Source: Isurus oxyrinchus (taxonomy: Eukaryota). Taken from it: a stretch of DNA of 64,000 nt. Positions 12,860 through 25,295 of the stretch are shown in pieces. The DNA lies in contig JANJGN010000009.1 of assembly GCA_026770705.1 (NCBI GenBank), positions 158,038,001 to 158,102,000 on the forward strand, read 5' to 3'. The notes beneath the pieces were generated by a model. That model worked only from the letters and a program-made list of their open reading frames with translations, ran no database searches and was not told where the DNA came from. Position 1 is the stretch's first letter; the number at the start of each line of letters is the position of its first letter. A program made the translations under genes and the position numbers.

Positions 12860-13540
12860 CTAAAGCTGCTGTCATCTTCAGCCCTGGCCACAAGGTTCAT
12901 AGTCTAGCCATCAATTAAATCCTCCTCCCTGGCCAGTGCCTCAGGCTGAACCAGATTATTTGAGACTTCAATGTCCTATTCCAACCTGGCTGCCTGTTTC
13001 CACCTCCATAACTTCACTTCCTGCCGCAATATCAGATTATTTGCTGACGACGCCCTCATCCATGCCCTTGTTGACCTCTGGACTCAAATATTGTAGATGC
13101 TCTCTTGGCAAGCCTTTCATCCACCTCCATAAACATCAACTCATCCAAAATTCTGCTGCTCGTATTCTTTTCAACACCAAATCCTGCTTATCCATCATCT
13201 CTCCTTGGCCGAAGACAATTCCAAGAAGTCGGTTCCCCCCAACACCTCCAATTTTAAAATGCTCATCCCCTTGCTGAATTCCTTTCATGGCCTCACGCAT
13301 CCCTTTCTCACAGCTCCTCGGATTCTGGTCTTTTGTGCATCATCACCCCTCACCTCACCATGTGAGGCTGTCCACCTCTACTTCCCTCTCCACTTTTATA
13401 ATTACTTTCTCAAAATCCATCTCTTACCAAGCCTTTGGTTACCCCTCCTTTAACTCTGCATCCATTTATATCTAATTATACTTCTGTGAAGTGCCTACAA
13501 ATCTTTTTCTACATTAAAGGTGTTTTGTAAATTTGTCTTG
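12860..13540 (+). mobile_element. L2 LINE 3' fragment
   Basis: LIHALLTSGL-YC, LHKHQLIQNSAARIL, FKMLI remnants; tail ctgtgaagtgcc...ctacattaaaggtg. Confidence 0.75.
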
Positions 13541-13745
13541 TTTCTGATGTCTTCCATTTGCAAATAATGCAACACTTCATGTTGAGTCGTCAGCTTGCAA
13601 CAGTTGATTTAGTTATAAAATATCTTGTATTTTTTAAAGGCAAATGCTTACATGCTTACTGACATTTGAGGAATTCACCAAACTATTCATTTTAAATTCA
13701 TTTATCCTCAGTGCTATGCAGAGTTTATGTTGCATTAGAAATTCA

Positions 13746-13926
13746 CCATTAGTTGTTTGGTAGTACAGAATTTGAGTATTGCTGAAAAAAGAGACATGTC
13801 TAAGCTTTTTGTCATGCATTCATCAGGACACCTGCAAGAATACCTGTATATGGAGAATAATTAGTATTCTTGAGTGTCCTGATGCATGCAAGATGAAAAG
13901 CTTAGACATGTGTCTCTTTTCAGCAA
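13746..13926. mobile_element. Penelope-like (Neptune-type) pseudo-LTR fold-back with two damaged hammerhead motifs
   Basis: Inverted arms ttgctgaaaaaagagacatgtctaagc... and ...gcttagacatgtgtctcttttcagcaa. Same family as 16911-17518. Hammerhead motifs at 13797-13830(-) and 13875-13908(+). Confidence 0.8.
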
Positions 13927-15029
13927 TTTTCAAATCCACCATTATGCAGTTTCCAATTTTCTGCTTGGAGAAGGAGGTTTCTTGCTAAAACTAAGCTTAA
14001 TGAATCATACAATTGCTTCTGTTCTGGATGTTGGCTAATTAACAATCAATGCAGGAAGAATACACCCTTTGTTTTTAACCCGTTGTCACATTGCAAGTTT
14101 ACTTTCTCATTGCTGAAAAATTGAAGATTTCTTATTGCCTTCTATTTCTTCGCTTCTTCTGCAATGAACCAACATGATAGGTAGCTGACCTGCTCTCAAG
14201 CGGGTATCAATGCCATGTTCGCAATTAACTCCTGAAGAGCGTGTGAGGGAACCGAGTCTCTACTTTTTAGTATTGGTTTCCTGATGATCTTTGCATTCTG
14301 TGGAGTGAAACATTAGAGGTAACACATTACACTGTTATTGGTTTGGATTGACCATTGCTGTATAGTGAATTGCTGGTGTTGACCACATTACGGACAAGAG
14401 GACAGTTCTGCCCATTGAAGCGCATAGAGTACCATTCAAAGAAGCCTGAGAGCAGTTTTGGCTGCCTGCTTACGCTTCATTTGTTTATAGTGTATAGTAG
14501 GAGCAGGCTTCGAAGAAAAATAAAAAGACAGCAAAGTGATAATGGGTTAGTGACTTGTTAGCTCTGCTTAATGTACTCAGTATGTTGATTTCAAATAGCA
14601 CTATGCACAAATCCTGGTTTCTTCAAAATTCCACTGTTCGCAGCCATACATTTCACTCCTGGTGATTTTAGTAATTTTTTGCACGAGGAAAATCAAATTA
14701 TCCAATATTTTGAATAAAACCCTATAAATAGTGGAGTAGTATGACTAATTAGTGCTAAGTTTTAAAAAAATCTAATTAGCAGCTAATTTAAATTACATAA
14801 TTAAAAAGAGTATATTGTACTGTCTCCCTGAAGCATCTGTACTGCTTGTGTTCTAACAACTGTGATTTAACTTGTAGGATTGCGCAGTGGAACACAGCAC
14901 TTTCCTAATAGGGAAATTAGTTGGGTCCTACTGGGCTATGGTCTCGCACTTCCCCAAGGCTGGTTTCTGAATTGCAAGTAAGCACTTGGAATCTGGTCAT
15001 TTGTCTAATTTGTTTTTTTTTCAAATAAT

Positions 15030-15290
15030 AATTAACAAAAGAACCAGAGGGGGAGTTTAGAATTTATTATATGCAAAGCATTATGATGATCTAGAATGCA
15101 ATGCCTGAAAAGGTGATAGGAGCAAATTTATTAGTTTCAAAAGAGAGTTGGATGTATACTTGCAAAGGAAAAATTTGCAGAACTATGGTGGAAGAGCAAG
15201 GGAATGGGACTAATTGGAAAGTTCTTGCAAAAAAACTGGCACAAGTACGATGGGTTGAATGGTCTCCTGTGCTGCATAATTTTTCTGTGC
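15030..15290 (+). mobile_element. CR1 LINE 3' end, degenerate
   Basis: agaaccagagggggag...gaatgcaatgcctgaaaagg...gggttgaatggtctcctgtgctg. Confidence 0.65.
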
Positions 15291-16962
15291 ATTAGTAGAA
15301 CGTTCCGATTAGAAGTTATGCAATCATTAAAGAAAATCTGAGGCCAAGAATAAAATACTGATAGAAGCAATCTATGGTAGCCTAGTCTGAGATTATGTTG
15401 ATCTTTGAAATACTATGGCTTTTTTGTAACTCTACAAATTCTTGCTTTTATTTGTTATAGTTTTCGAACTGAAAGGTAGCCTAAAAACAGATCAGACATC
15501 ATACACGTGAATTTAGTTAACGTTTTAGATTCTGACTTCCATTATTGGTTGAAATCTGTTTTTAATACTGGTTATTAATAAAGACAATTTATCATGGGCT
15601 CTCAATATCCATCCAAGGAAGGTGGGACTTGGCAAGCCCAAGCACTTGCTTTGTGTCTCTGTTAGTACTGAGTCCTAAGTTGACTCCTGTTTGCTCTTAA
15701 ATTAGACTTGTCTCCAGATGAGCGAAATGCGTGATCCAAGGATAACTTTTAACCCAAGTATAGAATTCTAAAACATTCCACAATATTAATACACAAATGC
15801 CTTTTATGTTGATTCTTATAATATAGAACTCCTGATCCAGGCAAACAATGCTTCCCATCTGTTTACTAATTCTAAACACATTAAATGTAAAAAATCCACT
15901 TCCAAAATTCAGTTTGAGAGAATAGCTTGCTTTAGTTTAAACCTAGTTACTTTCTTCATAATATTTACATTGGTTACACATTAAATATATATCAATCTGG
16001 ATTGACATATAATTTTAATCCATAAAAAACTTTGCTAATTCAATTCAACATGTTGGTGTTTTGTGGAGAATTAGGTCCATACTAGCTTTACTCTGGCTTT
16101 AATCTTATGTAAATAGAATTGTGATGGTACAATTCATTGTTAGTTTTAAATCTGTTTTCACTTGCTATCATATAACAGCTTATACATCAGTTGGTATTTT
16201 TGCAAAGTTTCTAAAATGTAATTTTCTGCCCTATTCTCTTAAAATTTCAGTGGTAGTTAAGAGGAGCCACATAGCCCAGGAAATGATTGCAATGTTGCTT
16301 TAGTATAGGGAAAAGATGTCAATGTCTTATCCATTACATAGTTGAGGTCTTTTAATGTCATTTACATTGTTCAGGTTAAGGAAAACAGGTGATGGCTATT
16401 AATTGTCTTTGAGCACGTATAAATAGGGGATAGCTGGGACACTGTGTGGGAGGCAAACTGTGAGATGAACAAATCAATAAACTCACTGTCAATAAAGAAA
16501 AGGTTCTGTGTCTTGGTTTGTGTTTCACCAACTGGCTTGGATCCTATTAACAGAAGGTATAAGTTAGAGTGGCTATGTTTAATTTTTTTTGCTCTACCTA
16601 TAAAAATCATTAAGATTCTTCATTATAAAGGCTTTTGTTTAGGGAACATTTTTGTAGAATACAAGGATTTCCCTTTTTCTCTGAGGGATTCTACAATTTG
16701 ATTTTTGGTATTTATTCCCCAATTCCACTCTGACCTTATCTGCAGTTAATAATGAGGTTATTATGCCTTTCACCAACTATAAAATCCCCAAGATATTTGA
16801 TCATTGCTGTGTGCTGTGAAACAATGCTCTGAAATCTTCTCAAGGACAATTGGAGATGTGCAATAAGTGTTGACCTTGCCAGCAACAATTCTATGAATGA
16901 TCAAAATAATCATTTAGCTGTTTGGTTGTACAGAAGTTGAGTATTGCTGAAAAAAAGAGACA

Positions 16963-16996
16963 TGTCTAAGCTTTTCATCTTGCACTCATCAGGACA
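16963..16996 (-). ncRNA. Minimal type I hammerhead ribozyme, intact core
   Basis: Reverse complement: UGUC CUGAUGA GU-gcaag-AU GAAA AGCU UA GACA. Stem I UGUC/GACA; palindromic stem III AAGCUU; UUA cleavage triplet. Confidence 0.75.
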
Positions 16997-17465
16997 CTCA
17001 CAAGAATACCTATATAACGGGGAAAACAACAATTGACACTGTACGTGAAGCAAGTGTTGTTTGGTTGGCAAGTGGTGTTGGTATGGAGATGGTGACTGAC
17101 AGCTGCCAACCATTGTTTAAGATTGTAGTCGGGCGCGCATTATGGCACATTTGCGCATACTGGAAGCAACATGTATACATAGGGCCCTGTTTTTTTGCAG
17201 ACAGAAGAACATGTACGTACATTGTGCCTGTTTCAGCTAAACAAAATAAGTGACAGCTGTTCGCTGACTCATTCCTCAGGACAGTTTCTTGACCAATCAG
17301 GGTCAAGCTGCCTGGTTTAAATGTTAAACAATGCCTGTCAGTTAATTGTCAGTCACCAACAGTGGTGCATTCTCCATGGCAATGCCACTTGCCAATCAAT
17401 CAGCACTCTCTTCACATACAGTATCAATTGTTGTTTTCCCCCTTAAATTAGGTTATTCTCGTGAG

Positions 17466-17499
17466 TGCCCTGATGAGTGCAGGATGAAAAGCTTAGACA
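17466..17499 (+). ncRNA. Minimal hammerhead motif with a stem I mismatch
   Basis: UGCC CUGAUGA GUgcaggAU GAAA AGCU UA GACA; C:A mismatch at the second pair of stem I. Confidence 0.6.
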
Positions 17500-19108
17500 T
17501 GTCTTTTTTTTTCAGCAAAAAACATTAATTGCGATTTCATCATGGTTCTCCTGAATGATGAGACACCATCAAAAAGCACTCTCTGCGCTCTTCTCATTCC
17601 ATTCCTGCACTTCTAACAAGTGAACATGTCATGATAACGTAGAGAAAGGAAACAAACGTTCTCCCAGTCTAGATAAAATCAGATTATCTGTTTAAAAAAA
17701 AAAAAAATTCTTTAGTATGTTAATGCAGTCCTACAAAGCAGCTGTTGTGACACTAAATTCCAGGCATCTTTTTATATTTCTCCTTTTTGATCCAATATTT
17801 TAAATTTATGAATGAAGCTTTGTGCTCTATAGGCTACATTTCTCATAAATGGTGGCTTCTTTCACACTACCAGCAGAATAAAGTATTAGTACATTACATG
17901 GTATAGTGTTTCTGCCCTTAAAAAGCTGCTTCCTCCAACCTACTTAGAAGCACCATGGGAAACCATTTGTATTTATAAATATCTCATCAAAACATAAAAT
18001 ACTTTTGCAAGTAAATATTCAAGGTTCTGTCTGAATTTGGGCAAAAGCATTCACACCAACAATTGTGATGCTCCTGGGAATTCTTTGTAACTGGAATATA
18101 GTGAAACCCTGTAAATGCTCACTGCATGTGCTCCATTGCATCAAATACCTTGAAAATGTACAAACCTTATCTCTGTTTATTCCAATGCACTTGAACAACT
18201 CTTAACATATTGAAGTGCTATAGCCTTGTGGTCAGATTCATCTCTTCTGTGTCTCACTGTCTACTTGCCACTATACATGTCATGTAGCTTCTGTTTAGTG
18301 AATAGTTATGTTCTAATAATGGCCACACATCTATTGAGCTGTCTAGACAGATTGCACAAAAGAGATTACAACACAGAAATCACATACGTGATGAGTTTTC
18401 TAGACTATTTTTGAAGTACATTATGACGTAATGTAGTCCACTTCTGTGGTTCAGCAACTAAATTTTTTTTTCTCTCTCTCCATTACTGGTATTTAGTCCA
18501 AAATCTGCTGCAGCTTTATAGTTTCATTCATAAGGAGATGCCAAGTAAAAGCCACTGATGTCCCCCACAGGGAAGGAAATTGCCCCAGTTTTGCAGTTTC
18601 AAAGCTCCTGGTACGTACCTGCTTCAGAGCAGTAATGTTAGCCTGGAATATCCTGAGAAAGTGGAGCTAAAAAAAAATCTCCCTTTGAAAACAAATTTTA
18701 CTTGAAGAAATGAAGAATATAAAAGAAAATTACTCAACTTTTCTTTCAGCTACAATATTTTCAAGATACTTAATATAATTTCACCCTCCCAGTAAATGTT
18801 CTTTAATCTTAAAAGAAACCATGTTATATGTGAATAACTTGATAACTATTTGATTGCTGGAGTGTCATCAGGAACCTGTCATTGAATTAAGTCGGAGCTG
18901 ATTTGAATGTCAATCCTGAGTGACAGGACCATTCAACAACTGACCGTGAAACTGTGACCATTTGGAATTTCTATTTACAGATGGTTTATTTTTTCAAACT
19001 AAATTCTGGAGAAGGTATTTCACTCTTGTGCTCCCATCTATATGGGAGTTGAATTGCTAATTATCAGTTAACAATCTAAGTACCCATTTTGATGTTTAAA
19101 AGGGAAAC

Positions 19109-19494
19109 CACCCAGTGCACAGGGGACGTGGGGAGGGAAGAGGACCTCCTTGTGAACCTGCTCCAGGGCCTGGCCAAGTTGGCCATCAACAGGTGCAGGC
19201 AGCGGGCAATCATGAGGACCGTCTGGCCTGATTGTCCTGACTGTTTGCCTCTCTTCCACAGCTAATTTCATGGCCGAATGCCCTTGGAGAGGCAAGCGAT
19301 TGAGGTCTTCCTCCATGCCCGATGGGCACTGTGTGGTCTGGAGTGTTTTATTGACCCTTTTTAATCACATTTTAATTTGATGTTTGTAAGTTTCCTTTTA
19401 AGAGTTTTTCTCTTTGCAGTACCCCTTTTAAGGGGCTGCTTTTTAAAATTTGTCCCTTATGTTAATTTAGTTTAATTCTTTTAGTCAAAAGAGC
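19109..19494 (+). mobile_element. Tx1-clade (L1 group) LINE 3' fragment inserted in the Copia 5' LTR
   Basis: ORF2 C-terminal remnant GREEDLLVNLLQGLAKLAINRCRQRA...DCLPLF...GLECFID, then a T-rich 3' UTR. Flanked by aaaagggaaac (19098-19108) and aagagggaaaac (19495-19506). Confidence 0.75.
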
Positions 19495-22400
19495 AAGAGG
19501 GAAAACAGGTGAGGCAAGTTCTCTCTGGGGAGTTTTATGCACCAAAAAACAAAACTTTGTTTGAAGAAGCCAGTCTTGGAGCCAGATATAGAGATGATAA
19601 TACCCTAAGATCTTTAAAAAGGATAGTGATTCCCTGGAAGATAGCTGGAGTCGATACTTCATCAGCACAGACGTAGTGTCCAGTGAAATACCATTACGGT
19701 TGAGCAGACCGTCGATGGAGAAAGTGGAAATGAAGTTGGACGTGGAAAAATGACAAGGCCATTGTATTTGCATAAATTGTAAATCCACGGGTTTTCCAAT
19801 CTGGACACTACTGTATTCCTTTAATGAAACCTAATCTTTCTACTAAGGAAATTAAAGAAGTGCTGTTCACATCAGGGTATAAGAATTTGCAGGACAAAAA
19901 GCCAATTGTGTTAAAATTGCATTGGTGGTTTGCCCACCTCTCTCCCAAAGATTAAAAAATTTGCTAAGGGTTGCAGAAATAAAAGATGGAGAGTACACTA
20001 AACTTATAGAGGAGATAAGTGCTAGGTGTGATATATATAAGAAATACAGAAGGACACCATCTTGGCCGATTAGTGAGCCTGCCCGTAGCAAGGGATTTCA
20101 ATTAAGTTGTGACGTTGAATTTAAAGGTGTGGGATAAAGAAAAGAACATTTTTATTTTGTAGATTTGGCAACAAGGTTTAGCCAGTCAACAATCATATTC
20201 ATTAGAGAAAAGAAAATAATTGTGGATCTGGTTATGGAAAAGTGGATAGGGACCGGATTGGGACCACTGGTAAAATTTCACACTGATAATGGTGGGGGTG
20301 GGGGGAGAGGGGTGGTTTGCTACTGAGTTTCAGGATATGTGAGAAAACATGAATATAATAGTTATGAATACAGCAGCAGAAAGCCCTTTTAGTAACAGTG
20401 TGTGTGAAAGGAATTGCGTGGTGATAGATAAAATGCTTCGTAAGATTTTAGCAGGTAGACCGAGCTGTAAATTAGCATCGGCTTTAACATGGGCTGTCCG
20501 TACCAAGAAGTCACTGCAGATAGTTGGGGGCAATAGTCCATATCGGTTGTTTTTTGTCAGAAATCCAAAAATTCCTTCAGTCCCGAGTGATCATCTCCCA
20601 CCTTGGGAGGGAACTGTGATTAGCTTTACCTTTTCTGAGCATTTAAATGCACTACACGTGTGTGGAAGAGCGTTCCTTAAAACCTAAGTTTCAGAGAGAA
20701 TTCGGTGAGCTCTAAGATACACTGTACAACCATCGGAATCTATTTTTAATCAGGGAGACATGGTATACGATAAAAGAGAAGGACTTAACGAGTGGAAAGG
20801 CCCAGGAAAGGTTATAGGTACAGATGGTAAAACAGTCCCTTTGCAGCCTGGAAACCAGACTATTCAGGTATATTCATCAAGGTTAGTTAGCACAGATTAC
20901 ATATTTGCAGGTCTTGAAGGGATTGTAGGAAGGGATGAGGAACCATGTACTTCTCATTACCATATGCTGCATGATTGTGAGGACCAGGTTGCTGAAGTTG
21001 ATAGGGTATCTGACGATGGACACAGTAATTCGGATGAACAAGGTGAGGCGATTTGTCCTAGAAGACAACTGCCAAAAGCTAGCACTAAAGTTGCATACTT
21101 GCCAGAAGGGGCCAGTCAATGGCGGGATGTGACAATTGTAGATAAAGCAGGGAAGGCCACTGGAAAATATAAAAACTGGTTAAATATACAAGATAAAGGA
21201 CAGGAGGTTAGACCTATGGATTGGGAACATGAAGTTCAAAAATTGATGGCACGGAAACGTAGTATCTGTTCGGACATGGAGTGGGAGTCTAGGAAGAGAT
21301 CACGAACTGTTGAAAGAACATCTATAATACCTTAAATATATACCATATGTGTATGTAGTCCTCAGTCCCAGAAGGGAGGAGATCATCACCCTTGAGTGCA
21401 TCAGCAAAAGGATTGAAGCTTAGCAGGTTTTGGCAAATTGACATACGATAGCGATGTTGTTCCTGCTTTAGTGAAGTGGGGTATGAGGCATGATAGAGGG
21501 TGTAGCTAACAAGGTCAAGGAATATGGCACAGACTGGTAATGCTACAAGGAGCAGAAGAACCCATGTGATCGAGAAGTCTTTGTAGCTTCAAACAAATTG
21601 GACAATAAATTAATAAAGGTTGCCAAACAGTAAGAACTACATAGTTGTAAAGAATTTGGGATATACACAGGTGCCAGTAAGGGACAACCAGCTCTATCTC
21701 ATTAATGGTTATGTACAGAAAAGGTGCTCTCTGATGGGACTTATAAAGCTAAAGCCAGGCTAGTGGCACAAGGGTTTGAAGAAAAATTGGATGACCAGGA
21801 GTAGATTCATCTACGGCAAGAAAAGTTATTCTGAAGATCTTATTGGCTCTGTTAGCTACAAATGCTTGGGAATGTAAGTTTATTGATATTAAAGCTGCTT
21901 TTTTTGCAGGGACATCAACTTCAAAGGGAAGTTTTTCTCCGTCCACTGAAAGAAGCATCATACGCAGAAGGGACACTCTGGAAGTTAAATGTGTATACAT
22001 ACAGTTTAGATGATGTCTCCTGAGTTTGGTATTTCTCAGCGAGGTCAGTTTTATTAAAGTTGGGCTGTCTTCAGTTGGAAGCAGACCTGGCAATGTTTTA
22101 TTGGCACCATGGAAGGAAACTTGCAGGCATCTTTGAGGCGTGTAGACGATTTTTTGTGGAAAGATAGTAGCGAATTTGAAACAGTTGTCATTAATGGGCT
22201 CAGAACAATGTTCAAAATTGGAAGTTAGGCTTCTGGTGTATTTAAATATATTGGATTAGAAATCAGGCAGAGCAGATCATTTTACATCAGCAACCCTACT
22301 TGGAGAATGTCAATCCCATTGCAATTGGTCATGATAGCCCCTCCCAGAAAGATACAGCGGCTTCTGAAATGGAAAAAGAGAAACTCGGGAATCTAATTGG

Positions 22401-23228
22401 GCAACTCAGCTGGCTAGGCAAACAAACAAGGCCGGATGTCAGTTTTGAGGTTTTGGAATTGAACACTAAAATGAATGATCCCAAGGTTGAAGAAATCATT
22501 CAAGCAAACAAAACATTGACAAAATTTAAAATGGAGCAGTGTGTTTTGAAATTTCCATCTTTGGGTGATCTTAGAAAAATGAAACTGTGTTTATTGATGT
22601 CTTATGCAAATCCATGTGATGGATTTTTGAGTTTTTCATGAGGGAAATGGTAAATGTTGCTCATTGGCATGGGAATCTAAAAAGATACAAAGAATTGTTA
22701 CAAGTACATGTCAGCTGAGGCTCTCGCCCTTGTCAAGGCAGTAGATATGGCATTATTTATATCAAAGATGCTGGCCGAAGTATTAAATGAAAAAGGGTAT
22801 TCAGCAACAGCACCTATTGAATGTCTTATAGACAATAAGTCATTTTGCGAAAATGTTCACTCTTATGAAGTGCGTTAACGAAAAGAGATTATGAATTGAT
22901 ATTGCAAGCTTAAAACAGATGCAAGAGAATAAGGAGATTGCCAAGATCAAATGGATTGATAGGAGCTGCCAATTATCTGACTACTTCATGAAAAGAGGAG
23001 CAAGCTCCTGGAAGTTACCTGAGATCTCTAAAGCGGATCTTTTCCTTTGAGAAGACTAAAAGGAATATTATTTTCATGTGGACATTTGTGTTTTTTAAGG
23101 GGGAATAAGATGGATTTATTGAATGGAAAAATATAATATATATTGATATTTGTGTTATGGAAGAGAAGGTCCATCTTTTTTTGTGATTATATATACTGAA
23201 GGGTTACTTTCTTCTTATGAGCGGATTC

Positions 23229-23432
23229 TGTTGGGGAAGGAAACAGTTAACTCACAAGGAGTTCAGTTTTTAACTGGTAATTAACAACTGAAGTATCCAT
23301 TTGGATGTATAAAAGGAAAAACAGATGAGGCAAGTTCTCTTTGAGGAGTTTTAGGCACCAAAAAATAAAACTGTTTGAAGAAGCCGGCCTAGGCCTTGGT
23401 CTTTATTACTAAACAGCTATTGGAACTTAACA
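23229..23432 (+). repeat. 3' LTR of the Copia element (204 bp, TGTT...AACA)
   Basis: Terminal inverted TGTT/AACA, internal tataaaa and aataaa. Homologous to the split 5' LTR (19045-19108 plus 19495-19579) and to the solo LTR at 9899-10103. Confidence 0.88.
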
Positions 23433-23499
23433 CCCTACTCCTCTTTCCTACTTCTCGCACATGCATGCACACAATAATCTTAGAAAAATATTCAGGATT

Positions 23500-24330
23500 G
23501 GCTGAATTTTGACAGACAATCGACCCTTGATGCAGAACTCAATAAGCCCATGGGCAAATCAGCTGCCACCTTAGGCTGATTCACAAAACATGCATGGAAG
23601 AACAAGAAGTTGACCCTTCGGACTAAGAAGCTGGTTTATGAAACTTCAGCATCTCCTGTGGCTGTGAGGCATGGACAACTTGCAGCTATCAAGAAAAGCA
23701 CAACTTTCATCTTCAACGTTTGTGGCACATTCTCGGTATTTCGTGGAAGGACAAAATCACGAATGTGATGGTCCTACCGAAGGCAAATCTCCCAATATGC
23801 TAGCACAAGTAGAGGCAACTTCACTGGCTTGGGCAAAATGGAAGACAAATTCTGTCATCCTCTTCTGCATAGGGCACAGATTCAAAATAATTGACAAAAA
23901 GAATAAAACTGATGTGAGCAGAAAAAAAAAATTCACCCAGAGGGTAGTTGGAGTTTGGAATGAACTTCCTGGGAAGATGGTGGAGGCAGGTTCGATTGAG
24001 ATATTCAAAAGGAAATTGGATTGCTATCTGAAAAGAGAGAATGTGCAATGTTATGGAGTAAGGCAGGGAGCCAGTGCAGACTCAACAGGACACCCAAAGC
24101 TTTGCTTCAAGGGTGCTTGCAGATGTAACATGAAGGTCCTAAACATTTTGATTTTTCACACGTGAGTGATACTAACCAATAACAGAGGGAAATGGCAATA
24201 TTACCTGTGGGCTAGTGCTTGCCACCATGATGATCAGTGGCTACAACAACTTGATAGCAGATGACAAAACCCAAAAACAGCACCCCACAACAATGCCTGG
24301 CCACCACATTACAGCAGAACCTGCCTCTCA
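23500..24330 (+). mobile_element. RTE LINE 3' part, interrupted by a CR1 3' fragment (~23871-24090)
   Basis: RTE remnant TLDAELNK--GK-AAT...W-NKKLT-RTK--VY...GCEAW...HILGISWKDKITN. CR1 remnant GHRFKII...FTQRVVGVWNELP. Confidence 0.8.
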
Positions 24331-24879
24331 CTGTCTCTTGAACCAACAGTAAAAATGCACCATGTGAAACAATTCCATCATCAATACATATTTTGCACGT
24401 CCATCATCTTGCATGGATGGAATGATGCTGAGCAAAATGGGTGGGGTTCTGAATTCCATTTGATTACATCTGAATCTCAAAAAAATGAGACACTCCACTA
24501 CAACATAATAGAATTGATAGGAATTCAGAATGACTAATTGGAGGGGAAAGGAGAGTTTTCTTGCCAAATACAAGCATGAAAGTTTCTGTCTCACTGCATC
24601 TTCATTAGGCTGTTGGTCATTACTATATCTCATCTACAGAGCTACTGGACCTTGCCTTCAACTTTATGTGATACAAATCCAATTAGGCAAATGAATCCAT
24701 TCTGTTCAAATATTGTGCACTCTATGTATAAAGAGACAAAGAGCAATTTGTGGTGATGGTGGAGATCCCTGGAAATTCTTCTTGGATCCCCAAAGGCAAC
24801 GATGCAAACTCTAGGACTGATAACTGATATAATTAATCCCAGCTTGCTCTCATCAACCTTGTTTAACTTGAGATGTGAT

Positions 24880-25290
24880 TTGACTAAGGAACTCAGCCAG
24901 CTGCCTTTTGAAGACCCTGGTGCATCCATGCTGCTTGTGTTTTGGAATTTATTCTGTAGGTAGATGATACTTTTGTAAAAAGAAGTGGTTCCTGGCATCT
25001 AACCTAGCTTTGCTTTCATGTTTATAAAAATGTCCCCATTCTGTCTATTCCTCCCTAGCTTAAATGACCAATCCACTCAATCAGAATCTGTTCCTTTCAT
25101 TATTTTTTTTAAATCACAATCAATTCACCTCAATATCGATTTTAAAAAAATAAAGCAGCTCTTGAGGCTATCCTGATAAGCTAACAATCTTCAGAATATG
25201 CCTCATTCTGGTTACCCTCTGTGGACCTTTTCCAGGACTCTAACATTGTCCTGCCATGTGAGGAAACCAAAGCTGAACATTGTACCCTAA
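24880..25290 (-). mobile_element. Old CR1 LINE fragment
   Basis: Similar to other minus-strand CR1 3' ends here (gaagtggttcctggcatc, attctggttaccctctgtggacc, ccaaagctgaacattgtacc). Confidence 0.5.
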
Positions 25291-25295
25291 ACTTT

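Larger units (their letters stand above)
16911..17518 (+). mobile_element. Penelope-like element (Neptune-type), 5'-truncated with inverted pLTR
   Basis: Left arm 16944-17120 is inverted relative to 17320-17518. The centre encodes a GIY-YIG C-terminal remnant (AHLRILEAT...GPV-CRQK-HVRTLCLFQLN). Confidence 0.82.
19045..23432 (+). mobile_element. Ty1/copia LTR retrotransposon, GalEa-like, degenerate; most of gag and the PBS deleted
   Basis: Copia domain order PR-IN-RT-RH. Protease tail STDVVSSEIPL...SGHYCIPL (~19660-19825). Integrase KLH--FAH...CDI-KKY, DLATRFS, TDNGG, TAAESPFSN-VCERN (19910-20700). RT KARLVAQGFEE, DIKAAF, (H>R)VDDFLW, FKYIGL (21700-22280). RNase H WESKKIQRIV, AEALAL, IDNKS, EKRL-IDIA, QLSDYF-KRG (22660-23010). 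Many stops and frameshifts. Confidence 0.92.

Noticed and set aside
13746-13926. Hairpin as a pre-miRNA or DNA-transposon MITE
   Set aside because: The arms are Penelope pLTR sequence shared with the GIY-YIG-bearing copy at 16911-17518.
19020-19045. 5' boundary and TSD of the Copia element
   Set aside because: The first ~30 nt of the 5' LTR are not recognisable and no convincing match to the 3' flank (cccta) was found.
23671-24165. 164-aa ORF as a novel gene
   Set aside because: Chance read-through across an RTE/CR1/RTE junction.
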